This document shows positions 55,434 through 64,000 of a DNA stretch of 64,000 nt, in pieces. The notes below the pieces were generated by a model. It was given only the letters and a program-made list of their open reading frames with translations, was not told the origin of the DNA and made no database searches. Source of the stretch: Candidatus Latescibacterota bacterium (lineage in GTDB: Bacteria > Latescibacterota > UBA2968 > UBA8231); contig OZ220089.1 of the NCBI GenBank assembly GCA_964291625.2, forward strand, positions 3,872,001 to 3,936,000, given 5' to 3'. Each line of letters opens with the position of its first letter. The first letter of the stretch is position 1. The position numbers and the translations under genes are program-made.

Positions 55434-56414
55434 CTATCTTCCCAGGCTGGCCTTGATCTGGCCCCAACTTCTGGAACTGACACCCGTGTCGGCGGCGTCG
55501 ACATCAATGGTCTTCCACATCGCGCCATCGAGCAGAATCCAGTCGCTGAGCAGGTTGCTGTCCACGTACCACCTGGCGGCTTCAGGGCCTCCCGAGGACC
55601 ACCTTGTGTTGTGACCATTGACGTCGGGGGCGTCAATATCACAGAAGGCGATGCCCATGCCGATGATCTGGCCGGGCGACAATGGAGCAACCACGCTGTG
55701 TTCTGGGCACTCGTGGACCAGTTCGTTGAAGTAGACGCTCCACCACTCGGAGGTCAGCTCAGCGTCAGTGCCATGTTCGCCCAGTATGTCGTAGGAATCG
55801 GGGCAGCAGGAATAGGGCTCTTTGTCGTGCCAGGTGGCCGCACTGGCCCACATCCAGTTCCATGACGCAGGGCCATCTCCAACAGGAGGCCATCTCCACA
55901 GGGACTGTTGAGCTCTTCTGCCGTTGTGCTTGATGCGTTCTGCCCGCCCCTCGGCGGTGTCAGGGAACTCGTCGCCCGAGTAGAACATGGGTCCACCGCT
56001 ATGGTCGGCATCCACATGGATTTCAATGGCATCGTCTCCTCCACAAATGCCGGGAGGCTCCGCCATATCGCGATCGAAGGAGTCGTCATAGCGCTCCTGG
56101 GCAAAGTAGAGGCGGTCGAACTGGTCATTCCAGGCTACGGCTACACGGATGCTAAGGTCCGAAGGATCGGAGTCGGTGCCGTCCAAACCCCGGTGACCGC
56201 CACCGGTGCCGTGAAACAGTGGGTTCCCGTCGTTGTCCAGGGTGTAGGGGGTGATCCACAGCCACTCGGGAATGATCTCCCATTCACTGATGTCGCCGTC
56301 CATGGTGGGCAACCAACCAGAAGGCCATTCCCAGACGCCGAAGACATTGCCTGCCGGGACATGGGCTTGTGAGGAGCTGAGGCTCAGAAGCAAGATGGAG
56401 ATGATCCTCTTCAT
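55434..56414 (-). CDS. Exported protein with DOMON/CBM9-like sugar-binding domain and C-terminal SWGQIK motif
   Basis: Signal MKRIISILLLSLSSSQA, PTMDGDISEW, DAIEIHVDADHSGG, GMGIAFCDID and tail TGVSSRSWGQIKASL. Confidence 0.72.
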   Translation of the reverse strand: MKRIISILLLSLSSSQAHVPAGNVFGVWEWPSGWLPTMDGDISEWEIIPEWLWITPYTLDNDGNPLFHGTGGGHRGLDGTDSDPSDLSIRVAVAWNDQFDRLYFAQERYDDSFDRDMAEPPGICGGDDAIEIHVDADHSGGPMFYSGDEFPDTAEGRAERIKHNGRRAQQSLWRWPPVGDGPASWNWMWASAATWHDKEPYSCCPDSYDILGEHGTDAELTSEWWSVYFNELVHECPEHSVVAPLSPGQIIGMGIAFCDIDAPDVNGHNTRWSSGGPEAARWYVDSNLLSDWILLDGAMWKTIDVDAADTGVSSRSWGQIKASLGR

Positions 56415-56460
56415 GGGGTTCCTCCAGTGCGACTGTTCGTGATGGGAAATCCGCGTTGGC

Positions 56461-58266
56461 TTACCGCAGCAAGAGCATGCGCCGATAGGCGCTCCAGGAT
56501 CCGGCTTCTATTCGGTAGAGGTAGACGCCGCTCGCGGCGGAGCGACCTTCCTGGTCGAGTCCGTCCCATGTGACAATACCTCTCTGGCCGGCACCGTGGA
56601 GGGCCAAGTCCCGCACGAGTTGCCCTCGCAGATTGTAGACCCCGAGGCGTACTTCGTCCCCAGCAGATCCAGTGGGCAGGATGAAGGAGACGACGGTCGA
56701 GGAGTTGAACGGATTCGGGGCATTCTGGTGTAGAATCAGCCGACCTGGCTGGATCTCGTAGGCATGGCCGTCCACTACGACGAGCAGCTCCTGGCCGAGC
56801 TCCATGAAGTCAGCCAGCAAGGCGGGCTGATGGAGGTGTCCCTCGTATATTTCGCGAGGCATTTCCGGCCGGTAGTCCACATCAACCCATATCCCATCCT
56901 CTTGGATGAAATCATGCCCGAGCCACTGGGCGATCCCAGTGTCCGCAATGCCGGTCGCCCCGTAGCCCCATCCTCCCCGTTCCCTTATCTCTGGATCCAC
57001 CTGCACGGTCTCGTCTGGAGCGAAGAGCGAGGTGTACCTCGTCACGAGGCGATACTCAACGGCAAGATCAACGATCTCCTGGATCAGATCGCCGGTACAG
57101 TTTTCCTCGGCAATGTCCTGGAGAGCCCTGATCTTGTGATAGGCCCATAGTCTCGGGATGAATCGAGTCAGGCCGCCTCGCCGGCCATCACTGTCTGCAG
57201 ACGTGGCCAACCTGGCATCGTAGGATACCGATACCTCTTCATCATTCAGGCGGCCCGAGGCCCATACGGAGACAGGTCCTCCTCTCCGATAGCGCCCTGC
57301 TCGGGAAACCCCTCGTGGGCCGCTGTAGGCGAAGCCCAGGACATGCTGATCAGAAGTGAGGTCGCCGAGTCCGCTGTCGTCGGTGGCGGTCATGCCGAAA
57401 TCCTCCAATACGAACTCATGGCCCTTTGAGTTGCGTACCAACCTTGGTGCCCACAGGAGGTAATACCCGATCTGGTAGGTGTCGGTGGCCTTGTGGTGGC
57501 CAGGCCCATAGGCCAACAGAACCGGCAACAGTGGATTGTCTGTGCGCTCCATGTTGATGTGAAAGTCTGTCGATGGGGAGTAGTTGACAGACTGGAAGAA
57601 CACCGCCGCATAGTGCGGGGCGCGCTGGTAGACCGCCGAGTCCGACATCCCTGTAGAGGTGGCTTTCATGGGATGCTGGCTCTGGACATGGGCTGAAAAC
57701 CTCAACCTCTTGATGCGACCGTCAGAGCGCCTCCGAGGATCTTCTGGCAGTATGGAGAAGGAGTACTCCATATGACCGTCCCCAGACTCAAGGACCTGAG
57801 CATACTCCATGGCCACTCGGCGGCTGCCCCTTCCAGGGAAGGGCCAGATTCTCATTGTGAAGTCGCTGTCGCCGATGTGCTCCACCAGGGCGGGGTCGAT
57901 CAGAACCGGGTCGGGGGTCCGGTCGATGACAGATTCGTACGTCGCGCGGGCCTCGGCCTTCTCCATGATGAGCCCCTGTACAGGCTCTCCCTCGATCCAG
58001 AGCCACAGGTCGGTAATGATGGCACCGGCCGGCAGGGTAAACTCGTAGACCGCCTCTTCCGCCCGATCCGAGTGGTTGGTGAAGACCTGGTCGACGTAGG
58101 TGACCGCTATGTGGTCCTCAATGGACACCCGTACCGTCGTGGAGGTGAGTTCCATGAATCCCCCCCGGATCCCCGCGTAGACTCGTCCGATGCCGGAGGA
58201 CGACGCGGGTACAAGCAGGATCAGGAGTATGGTCAAGAGTCCCGGAGCGACTCGACGTATGCCCAT
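56461..58266 (-). CDS. Secreted VIT (vault/inter-alpha-trypsin) domain protein with FlgD-Ig CTD
   Basis: VDQVFTN..EAVYEFTLPAGA, ARATYE, DPALVE, RLWA, LVTRYTS and LHQNAPNPFN..WDGLD..ASGVY. Confidence 0.85.
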   Translation of the reverse strand: MGIRRVAPGLLTILLILLVPASSSGIGRVYAGIRGGFMELTSTTVRVSIEDHIAVTYVDQVFTNHSDRAEEAVYEFTLPAGAIITDLWLWIEGEPVQGLIMEKAEARATYESVIDRTPDPVLIDPALVEHIGDSDFTMRIWPFPGRGSRRVAMEYAQVLESGDGHMEYSFSILPEDPRRRSDGRIKRLRFSAHVQSQHPMKATSTGMSDSAVYQRAPHYAAVFFQSVNYSPSTDFHINMERTDNPLLPVLLAYGPGHHKATDTYQIGYYLLWAPRLVRNSKGHEFVLEDFGMTATDDSGLGDLTSDQHVLGFAYSGPRGVSRAGRYRRGGPVSVWASGRLNDEEVSVSYDARLATSADSDGRRGGLTRFIPRLWAYHKIRALQDIAEENCTGDLIQEIVDLAVEYRLVTRYTSLFAPDETVQVDPEIRERGGWGYGATGIADTGIAQWLGHDFIQEDGIWVDVDYRPEMPREIYEGHLHQPALLADFMELGQELLVVVDGHAYEIQPGRLILHQNAPNPFNSSTVVSFILPTGSAGDEVRLGVYNLRGQLVRDLALHGAGQRGIVTWDGLDQEGRSAASGVYLYRIEAGSWSAYRRMLLLR

Positions 58267-58916
58267 GAGCGCGCCTCCTTGAGCAAGTGGGGCATGGACG
58301 GAGCCCAGCCTCCCGGACGGGGGAAGTGTACCCCGTCAACTGGACAGGGATTGGGCTTGTACAAGCGAGAGTCTCGAGATGTGATAGAGCGGTCCTGCGC
58401 CCCGGCGCGCGGATCGAGGCCCGGCGTCCCGGACTTGCACCAGGCCGGGCCACGGGGGCCGTGAGGAGCCCCCCCACGCTCAGGCCGCCCGGTGGTAGAC
58501 ATCGCTGGGGGCTTCGCAAGACGCCGGCCCCCACCGACTGCCCCGACGCATCCGCGGCGCCCCACTCGGCGGTGTGAGATCCGGCCGGCCGCTCACCAGT
58601 ATGGCGGAAGTAACAGTATTGTGTGCGCATTCTGTTCCTCCCCAGGCAGTCGCGGAGACGGCCGCTTTGACCGTGCCGCATGTGGCGGGCCGGCCGATAC
58701 CTCCCTGGGAAGGGAATGCAAGAAGCGTGCCTTCAGGTTCTCACCGTGCATCATCTCTCGACCGGCCCCCGCGGCTGCTCAAATCGACAATCCTTCCAGT
58801 TTCCTGGACAACCAGTCCCTCGCAGGCCGGACTCGTCCGGTTTCCCGGACTGGAGTTACCCCGGTTTCGCGCACAGGTTCCCGTGTTGGGTCTTGTGTAT
58901 GTGAGCACCTGAGGAT

Positions 58917-59080
58917 CGCGACCAGCTCTCATCCTCGACGCCCTGGTCCTCTTCCGCCCGCTGGGGGCCGCCGACGAGTTGGCCGCGGAGGTGGCCCAGG
59001 GCGTCAACTGGGGCTGGCACTCCACCCGGACCACCGGGGCCGCCCTGCTCGCTCTGGGCAAGTACGACCGCGCCCGGCAG
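58917..59080 (+). pseudogene. Degenerate fragment of an alpha-2-macroglobulin thioester-domain region
   Basis: Reads RDQ/(frameshift)ALILDALVLFRPLGAADELAAEVAQGVNWGWHSTRTTGAALLALGKY, matching the bacterial A2M pattern RDxAxIL...WxSTQxTAxALLALGKY. Confidence 0.55.
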
Positions 59081-59264
59081 GGGCGGCGATCCCCGGCGCC
59101 CGCCTCTGCGGGTACCGGTTCGCCTGAGGGGCGGGGGGAACGCCCGCGCCCCCTGGAGCCTCCTACCGTGCATCGGACCGCCGCAACACCGTCATTACGG
59201 GGCCGGACGGGCATCCTGCCTTGATCGCGCCGCCCATCCGCAGGCCCTGACGGAAGGAGAAGTC

Positions 59265-62200
59265 ATGCACGGGAGACCGAAGATCCCGGGAACCCGCACT
59301 CCAGACCCGGCGGTCTCCCGGCACCGGCCTCCTCGCCGGCCCGGCGGCCGGACGGCCCTCCCGAGTCTGATCCTGCCCCTCGCCCTGCCCCTCGCCCTGG
59401 CCCTCGGCTGCGCCCGCGAGCCGGTGGAGGACCTGCCAGCCGCCGTGGCGCCCGAGACGGCGCGGCTGGTGAGCACGGTGACCTCCGGCACGGTGTCGTC
59501 CCGCGGTCCCGTCAAGGTCCGCTTCACGAAGCGCGTCGTCGACGGCAGCCTCCTCGACCACCCGCTGAAGAAGCGGGTCTTCGCCTTCACCCCGCCCATC
59601 GACGGCACCGCCCGGTGGGAGAGCACGCGGGACCTGGTCTTCCGGCCCAACCGGCCCCTGCCCGCGGGCGCGGCCTACCGGGGCCGCCTCGACCTGGCGG
59701 CCCTGCTGCCGGACCGCCCCGACCTCGAGCCCCTGGAGTTCGACTTCACCGTCGCCGGCCGCGAGATCCTCTCCCTCGAAGGCGACTTCGACCTGCGCAC
59801 CGCGGGCGACCCGAAGTACCTGATCTACCGGGGCCGCCTGGAGCTGACCGAAGCGGCGGAGCTGGAGCGCGTGCGCCGGGCCGCGACCCTGCGCCGGGGG
59901 GAGGAGCCGCTGCCCCTGGCCTGGGAGGCGGACGAGGAGGGCCGGGTCTTCACCTTCACCAGCGCCGTCATGAAGAGAGACACCACCGGCCAGACCTACG
60001 TCTTCGCCGTCGACCACGAGGAGCTGGAGGTCTCCCACGCCTGGGAGCGGGAGGTCCCCCTGGCGCCGCTGCAGGAGATGCGGCTGGAGAAGGTGGACAA
60101 GGACGAGGACGGGGACGTGCCCCGGCTGGCCCTGGTGTTCTCGGACGAGCTGGACCCGCGCCAGGACGCGGCGGGGCTGGTGCAGGTGTCCGGCGTCGAG
60201 GTCCGCCTGAAGGCCTCGGGCAAGGAGATCCTCGTGGACGGGGAGTTCGAGCACGGCCGCCGCTACGAGCTGGTCGTCCACCCCGGGATCCGCAGCCGCT
60301 GGGGCACCCGCACGAAGGAGGCCAGTCGGCAGCAGGTCGGGTTCTCCGACCGCAAGCCGGAACTGCGCTTCGCCCGCGACGGCGTCTTCCTGCCGTCGTC
60401 CCGCGACCGGCGGCTGCGCTTCGCCACCCTCAACCTGGGGCGGGTCTACCTGGAGGTGAAGAAGGTCTTCGCTTCCAACCTCGGGCCCTTCCTGCAGAGC
60501 GAGAGCCTGCGCAGCGGCCGGGAGCGCCGCAACTCCTTCCGCGGCTACAACGTGCGCCGCGTCGGCGTGCGCGTCGCCCTCGACACCCTTCAGATCCCCG
60601 ACCAGCGCAACGCCTGGCTGGAGCACGAGCTGGACCTGGGGGCCCTGATCGCCGAGGGGGACCGGGGGATCTTCCTGGTGGAGCTGCGCTTCGCCCACGA
60701 GGACATGTTCTACCGGCCCGCCGGCGGCGCCGAGGAGATCCGCCGCCACTACGACCAGCGGGGCGGACGCCGGCGGGGCCGCGACTACTACTCGGACCCG
60801 CTGTCCGAGGGCTATGCCCGCGCCCACGGCCGGGCGGCCAAGGCCGTGATCGTCAGCGACATCGGGCTCACATACAAGCGGGGCCACGGCCAGCACCTCG
60901 TGTACGCCACCCGCCTCGGCGACGCCCGGCCCCTGTCCGGCGTCGAGGTGATCCTGCGCACCTACCAGGACCAGGTTGCCGCCCGGGGCCGGACCGACGG
61001 CCGCGGGCTGGCGCGGTTCGAGGGCGTCACCGACGAGATCTTCTACGTCGAGGCCGAGCACGAGGGGCAGCGCAGCGTGATCAAGCCGGGCGACATGGCC
61101 TGGAACCTGTCGACCTTCGACGTGGGCGGCGCCGAGGCCCGCCCCGGGCCCCGGGCCTTCATCTACACCGAGCGCGGCGTCTACCGGCCCGGGGACGAGA
61201 TCAACCTCTCCGTCGTCGCCCGGCACCCGGACTACACCTTCCCCGACGACCATCCCGCCACCTGCCGGATCTACAACCCCCGGAACCAGGTGGTCTTCGA
61301 GCAGGTGCGCCGGGGGGCGCGCGAGGGGCTCTACACCTTCTCCTTCGCCACCGGCCCCGACGACCCCACGGGCAACTGGCGGGCCCGGGTGCGCATCGGC
61401 GACAGCACCTTCGACCACGTCCTCAAGATCGAGACCGTCGTCCCCTTCCGGCTCAAGACCGAGATCGCCCCGGACAGGGAACGCCTGGGGAGGGACGACG
61501 AGGTCCTGAAGGCGGACCTGAAGAGCGCCTACCTCTTCGGCGCGCCGGCGGCCGGGCTGCGGGCGGAGCTGAGCGTCTCCCTGCAGAGCGCGCCCAGGAG
61601 CTTCCCGCGCTACGAGGGGTTCACCTTCACCAACGAGGCCGTCGACTACCGGCCGGTGAGCGCCGTGATCTTCAAGGGGACCCTCGACGCCGAGGGGAAA
61701 GCCCGCGCCGAGTGGACCCTGCCCGACCTGTCCGGCGCGCCCTCGGCCCTGCAGGCCCTGCTCAGCGCGCGGGTCCTGGAGAAGGGGGGGCGCCCCAACC
61801 ACGGTCGGCGGCAGATCCCCATCGACCCCTACGACTTCTACGTGGGGCTGAAGAAGCCGGACCTCGACTACGGCTACACCCGCGTCGGGGCGCCGGTGGC
61901 GGTCCCGGTGGTGGTGGCCGACGTCGACGGCCACCCCGTGGCCGGCCGCGGCCTGCGCTGCCGCGTCTACCGCGGCACCACCCACTGGTGGTGGGAGTAC
62001 GAGAGCCGCGACGCCTTCCGCCGGCGCTTCAAGAGCGACCGCCGCACCGAGCGGGTCTCGGAGGAGCGGATCGTCTCGGCCCTGACGCCGGTGGACCTGC
62101 ACTTCGAGCCGGAGGAGCGGGGGGAGTACCTCATCGAGGTCGCCGACGACGGCGGCCGGGGCCACGCCGCCGCGTTCTTCGTGCGCGCCTACCACTGGGG

Positions 62201-64000
62201 CCGCACCCCGGGGGGCGAGGGCAGCGAGGGGGTGATGGTCCTCAAGACCGACCGGGAGCGCTACCGGCCCGGCGACGAGGCCCTCATCCGCTTCCCCGTG
62301 CCCGGCGAGGGCTCCGTCCTGTTCTCCGTCGAGCGGGGCGGACGGGTCCTCGACTCCCGGTGGTACCGCCTCGACGGCCGCCGCGAGGAGGCCAGCATCC
62401 CGGTGCCGGTCACCGCCGACATGATCCCCACCGCCTACGCCACCGTCTCCCTCATCCAGCCCTACGCCCAGACCGGCAACGACCGGCCCCTGCGCCTCTA
62501 CGGCGTCGTGCCGATCGAGGTCCACGACCGGGAGACCCGTCTCGACTTCGACATCCGCATGCCGGAGCCGCTGCGGCCGGGGGAGCCCTTCGAGGTGGAG
62601 GTGCAGGCTTCCGTCGACTTGGCCGCCTTCACCCTCGCCGTGGTCGACGAGGGCCTGCTGGCCCTGACCGACTTCGCCACCCCGGACCCGTGGAAGGCGT
62701 TCTTCCGCAAGCAGCGGCTGGGGGTGAGCACCTTCGACCTCTTCGCCCACGTCATCGGCGCCGCGCGGGGCGACCCCTTCCGCGTCTTCGCCATCGGCGG
62801 CGGCCTGGCCGCCAAGAGGGCGGCGCGGGAGGAGGAGGCCCGCCGCCGGCGCTTCCCACCCGTCTCCATGTTCGCCGGCCCCCTGAGCACCGACGCCTCC
62901 GGCCATGCCCGGGTGCGCTTTGACATGCCCAACTACGTCGGCGCCGTGCGGGCAATGGTCGTGGGTGCCCGGGGGAAGCGCTTCGGCCGCGCCGAGAAGA
63001 CGGTGGCGGTGAAGAGCGACCTCATGGTGCTCTCCACCCTGCCGCGGGTCATCGGCCCCGGGGACCGCGTCGAGGTGCCGGTCACCCTCTTCGGCATGGC
63101 CGACAGCCTCGGCGCCGTGGAGATCACCATCGGGGTGGAGGGACCGCTGACCGCCGTCGGGGAGACCCGCAAGCAGGTGGAATTCACCGCCCCCGGGGAG
63201 CGGGACCTGACCTTCGAGCTGGAGGCCGCCCTGGCCGTGGGTCCGGCGACGGTGGTGGTCGAGGCCTCCTCCGCCTCCGGGGCCCGAGCCTCGCGGCGGA
63301 CCGACCTGGAGGTCCGGGCCTCGTCGCCGGTGGTCTACGAGAGCGAGGAGCGCGCGGTCCGTCCCGGAGAGGCCGTCACCCTCACCGTGCCGGACAAGGG
63401 GATGCCCGGAACCAACCGGGCCCGGGTCAGCGTGCGCCGCCGGCCCGGCTTCAACTTCGACAACCAGATGCTCGGCCTGGTGCGCTACCCGTACGGCTGC
63501 CTGGAGCAGATCGTCTCCTCCGTCTTCCCCCAGCTCTACCTCAAGGACCTGGTCGACCTGACGCCGGAGGAGCGCCGCATCGTCGCCGCCGACATCGACG
63601 AGCGCGTCAACGAGGCGATCGCCCGCCTGCGGCGCTTCCGCCTGCCCGACGCCTCCTTCAGCCTGTGGCCGGGGCAGCGGCAGCCGTCGGCCTGGGGCAG
63701 CACCTGGGCCGGGCACTTCCTCATCGAGGCCCGGGCCCTCGGCTACCACGTGCCCGAGGAGCTGCTCCAGGGATGGCTGCGCTACCAGCACCTCCAGTCG
63801 GGCCTGACCCGCGACCGCCTGAAGGTGCGCGTCTACCGCGTCTACCTCCTGGCCCTGGCCGGCGACCCCGCCCTCGGCGCCATGAACCTGCTCAAGGAGA
63901 ACGAGGTCGGCAGCATGTCCAACCTGGAGAAGTGGCTGATGGCCTCGGCCTACCAGCTCGCCGGGATCCAGGAGACGGCCGACGAGATCGCCCGCGCCGC
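59265..64000 (+). CDS. Bacterial alpha-2-macroglobulin lipoprotein (YfhM-like), 3' truncated by the window
   Basis: RBS aaggag, lipobox LALGC (Cys 59409), YTERGVYRPGD, AVVDEGLL and thioester motif YPYGCLEQ (CLEQ at 63498-63509). Missing from the ORF track because no stop falls in the window. Confidence 0.95.
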   Translation, partial: MHGRPKIPGTRTPDPAVSRHRPPRRPGGRTALPSLILPLALPLALALGCAREPVEDLPAAVAPETARLVSTVTSGTVSSRGPVKVRFTKRVVDGSLLDHPLKKRVFAFTPPIDGTARWESTRDLVFRPNRPLPAGAAYRGRLDLAALLPDRPDLEPLEFDFTVAGREILSLEGDFDLRTAGDPKYLIYRGRLELTEAAELERVRRAATLRRGEEPLPLAWEADEEGRVFTFTSAVMKRDTTGQTYVFAVDHEELEVSHAWEREVPLAPLQEMRLEKVDKDEDGDVPRLALVFSDELDPRQDAAGLVQVSGVEVRLKASGKEILVDGEFEHGRRYELVVHPGIRSRWGTRTKEASRQQVGFSDRKPELRFARDGVFLPSSRDRRLRFATLNLGRVYLEVKKVFASNLGPFLQSESLRSGRERRNSFRGYNVRRVGVRVALDTLQIPDQRNAWLEHELDLGALIAEGDRGIFLVELRFAHEDMFYRPAGGAEEIRRHYDQRGGRRRGRDYYSDPLSEGYARAHGRAAKAVIVSDIGLTYKRGHGQHLVYATRLGDARPLSGVEVILRTYQDQVAARGRTDGRGLARFEGVTDEIFYVEAEHEGQRSVIKPGDMAWNLSTFDVGGAEARPGPRAFIYTERGVYRPGDEINLSVVARHPDYTFPDDHPATCRIYNPRNQVVFEQVRRGAREGLYTFSFATGPDDPTGNWRARVRIGDSTFDHVLKIETVVPFRLKTEIAPDRERLGRDDEVLKADLKSAYLFGAPAAGLRAELSVSLQSAPRSFPRYEGFTFTNEAVDYRPVSAVIFKGTLDAEGKARAEWTLPDLSGAPSALQALLSARVLEKGGRPNHGRRQIPIDPYDFYVGLKKPDLDYGYTRVGAPVAVPVVVADVDGHPVAGRGLRCRVYRGTTHWWWEYESRDAFRRRFKSDRRTERVSEERIVSALTPVDLHFEPEERGEYLIEVADDGGRGHAAAFFVRAYHWGRTPGGEGSEGVMVLKTDRERYRPGDEALIRFPVPGEGSVLFSVERGGRVLDSRWYRLDGRREEASIPVPVTADMIPTAYATVSLIQPYAQTGNDRPLRLYGVVPIEVHDRETRLDFDIRMPEPLRPGEPFEVEVQASVDLAAFTLAVVDEGLLALTDFATPDPWKAFFRKQRLGVSTFDLFAHVIGAARGDPFRVFAIGGGLAAKRAAREEEARRRRFPPVSMFAGPLSTDASGHARVRFDMPNYVGAVRAMVVGARGKRFGRAEKTVAVKSDLMVLSTLPRVIGPGDRVEVPVTLFGMADSLGAVEITIGVEGPLTAVGETRKQVEFTAPGERDLTFELEAALAVGPATVVVEASSASGARASRRTDLEVRASSPVVYESEERAVRPGEAVTLTVPDKGMPGTNRARVSVRRRPGFNFDNQMLGLVRYPYGCLEQIVSSVFPQLYLKDLVDLTPEERRIVAADIDERVNEAIARLRRFRLPDASFSLWPGQRQPSAWGSTWAGHFLIEARALGYHVPEELLQGWLRYQHLQSGLTRDRLKVRVYRVYLLALAGDPALGAMNLLKENEVGSMSNLEKWLMASAYQLAGIQETADEIARA

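Noticed and set aside
59163-63791. 1542-aa minus ORF and 1102-aa plus ORF (59615-62923)
   Set aside because: Shadow frames of the alpha-2-macroglobulin gene that starts at 59265.

Overview
High-GC bacterial chromosome window with no rRNA, tRNA, CRISPR array or transposase visible. It opens with housekeeping genes (end of a TorF-like porin, glnA, hemC, cobA-hemD) and continues through small catabolic operons: creatininase, two PhyH dioxygenases, Gfo/Idh/MocA, a DgoD-like dehydratase, two tandem PQQ-type dehydrogenases and a phosphoesterase/ammonia-lyase operon. Interleaved is a dense set of predicted secreted eukaryotic-like repeat proteins: LRR+YWTD, two WD40+Ig giants (one with a zinc-protease motif), four tandem NHL-like paralogs and a VIT protein, all eight ending in the same FlgD-Ig/T9SS-like C-terminal domain. 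There is also an ankyrin protein and a partial alpha-2-macroglobulin. This repertoire resembles marine-sponge symbionts of the Latescibacterota/Gemmatimonadota/Poribacteria type (inference only). The main candidates for new biology are: (i) a sigma70 promoter plus a ~215-nt structured leader (pseudoknot-like pairings, anti-SD, coupled uORF) in front of the ankyrin gene and the four-copy array; (ii) the array itself, with constant scaffolds and swapped variable loops; (iii) small indels and duplicated gene fragments that suggest ongoing remodelling of secreted-protein genes. All calls come from reading motifs by eye; no database searches were run.
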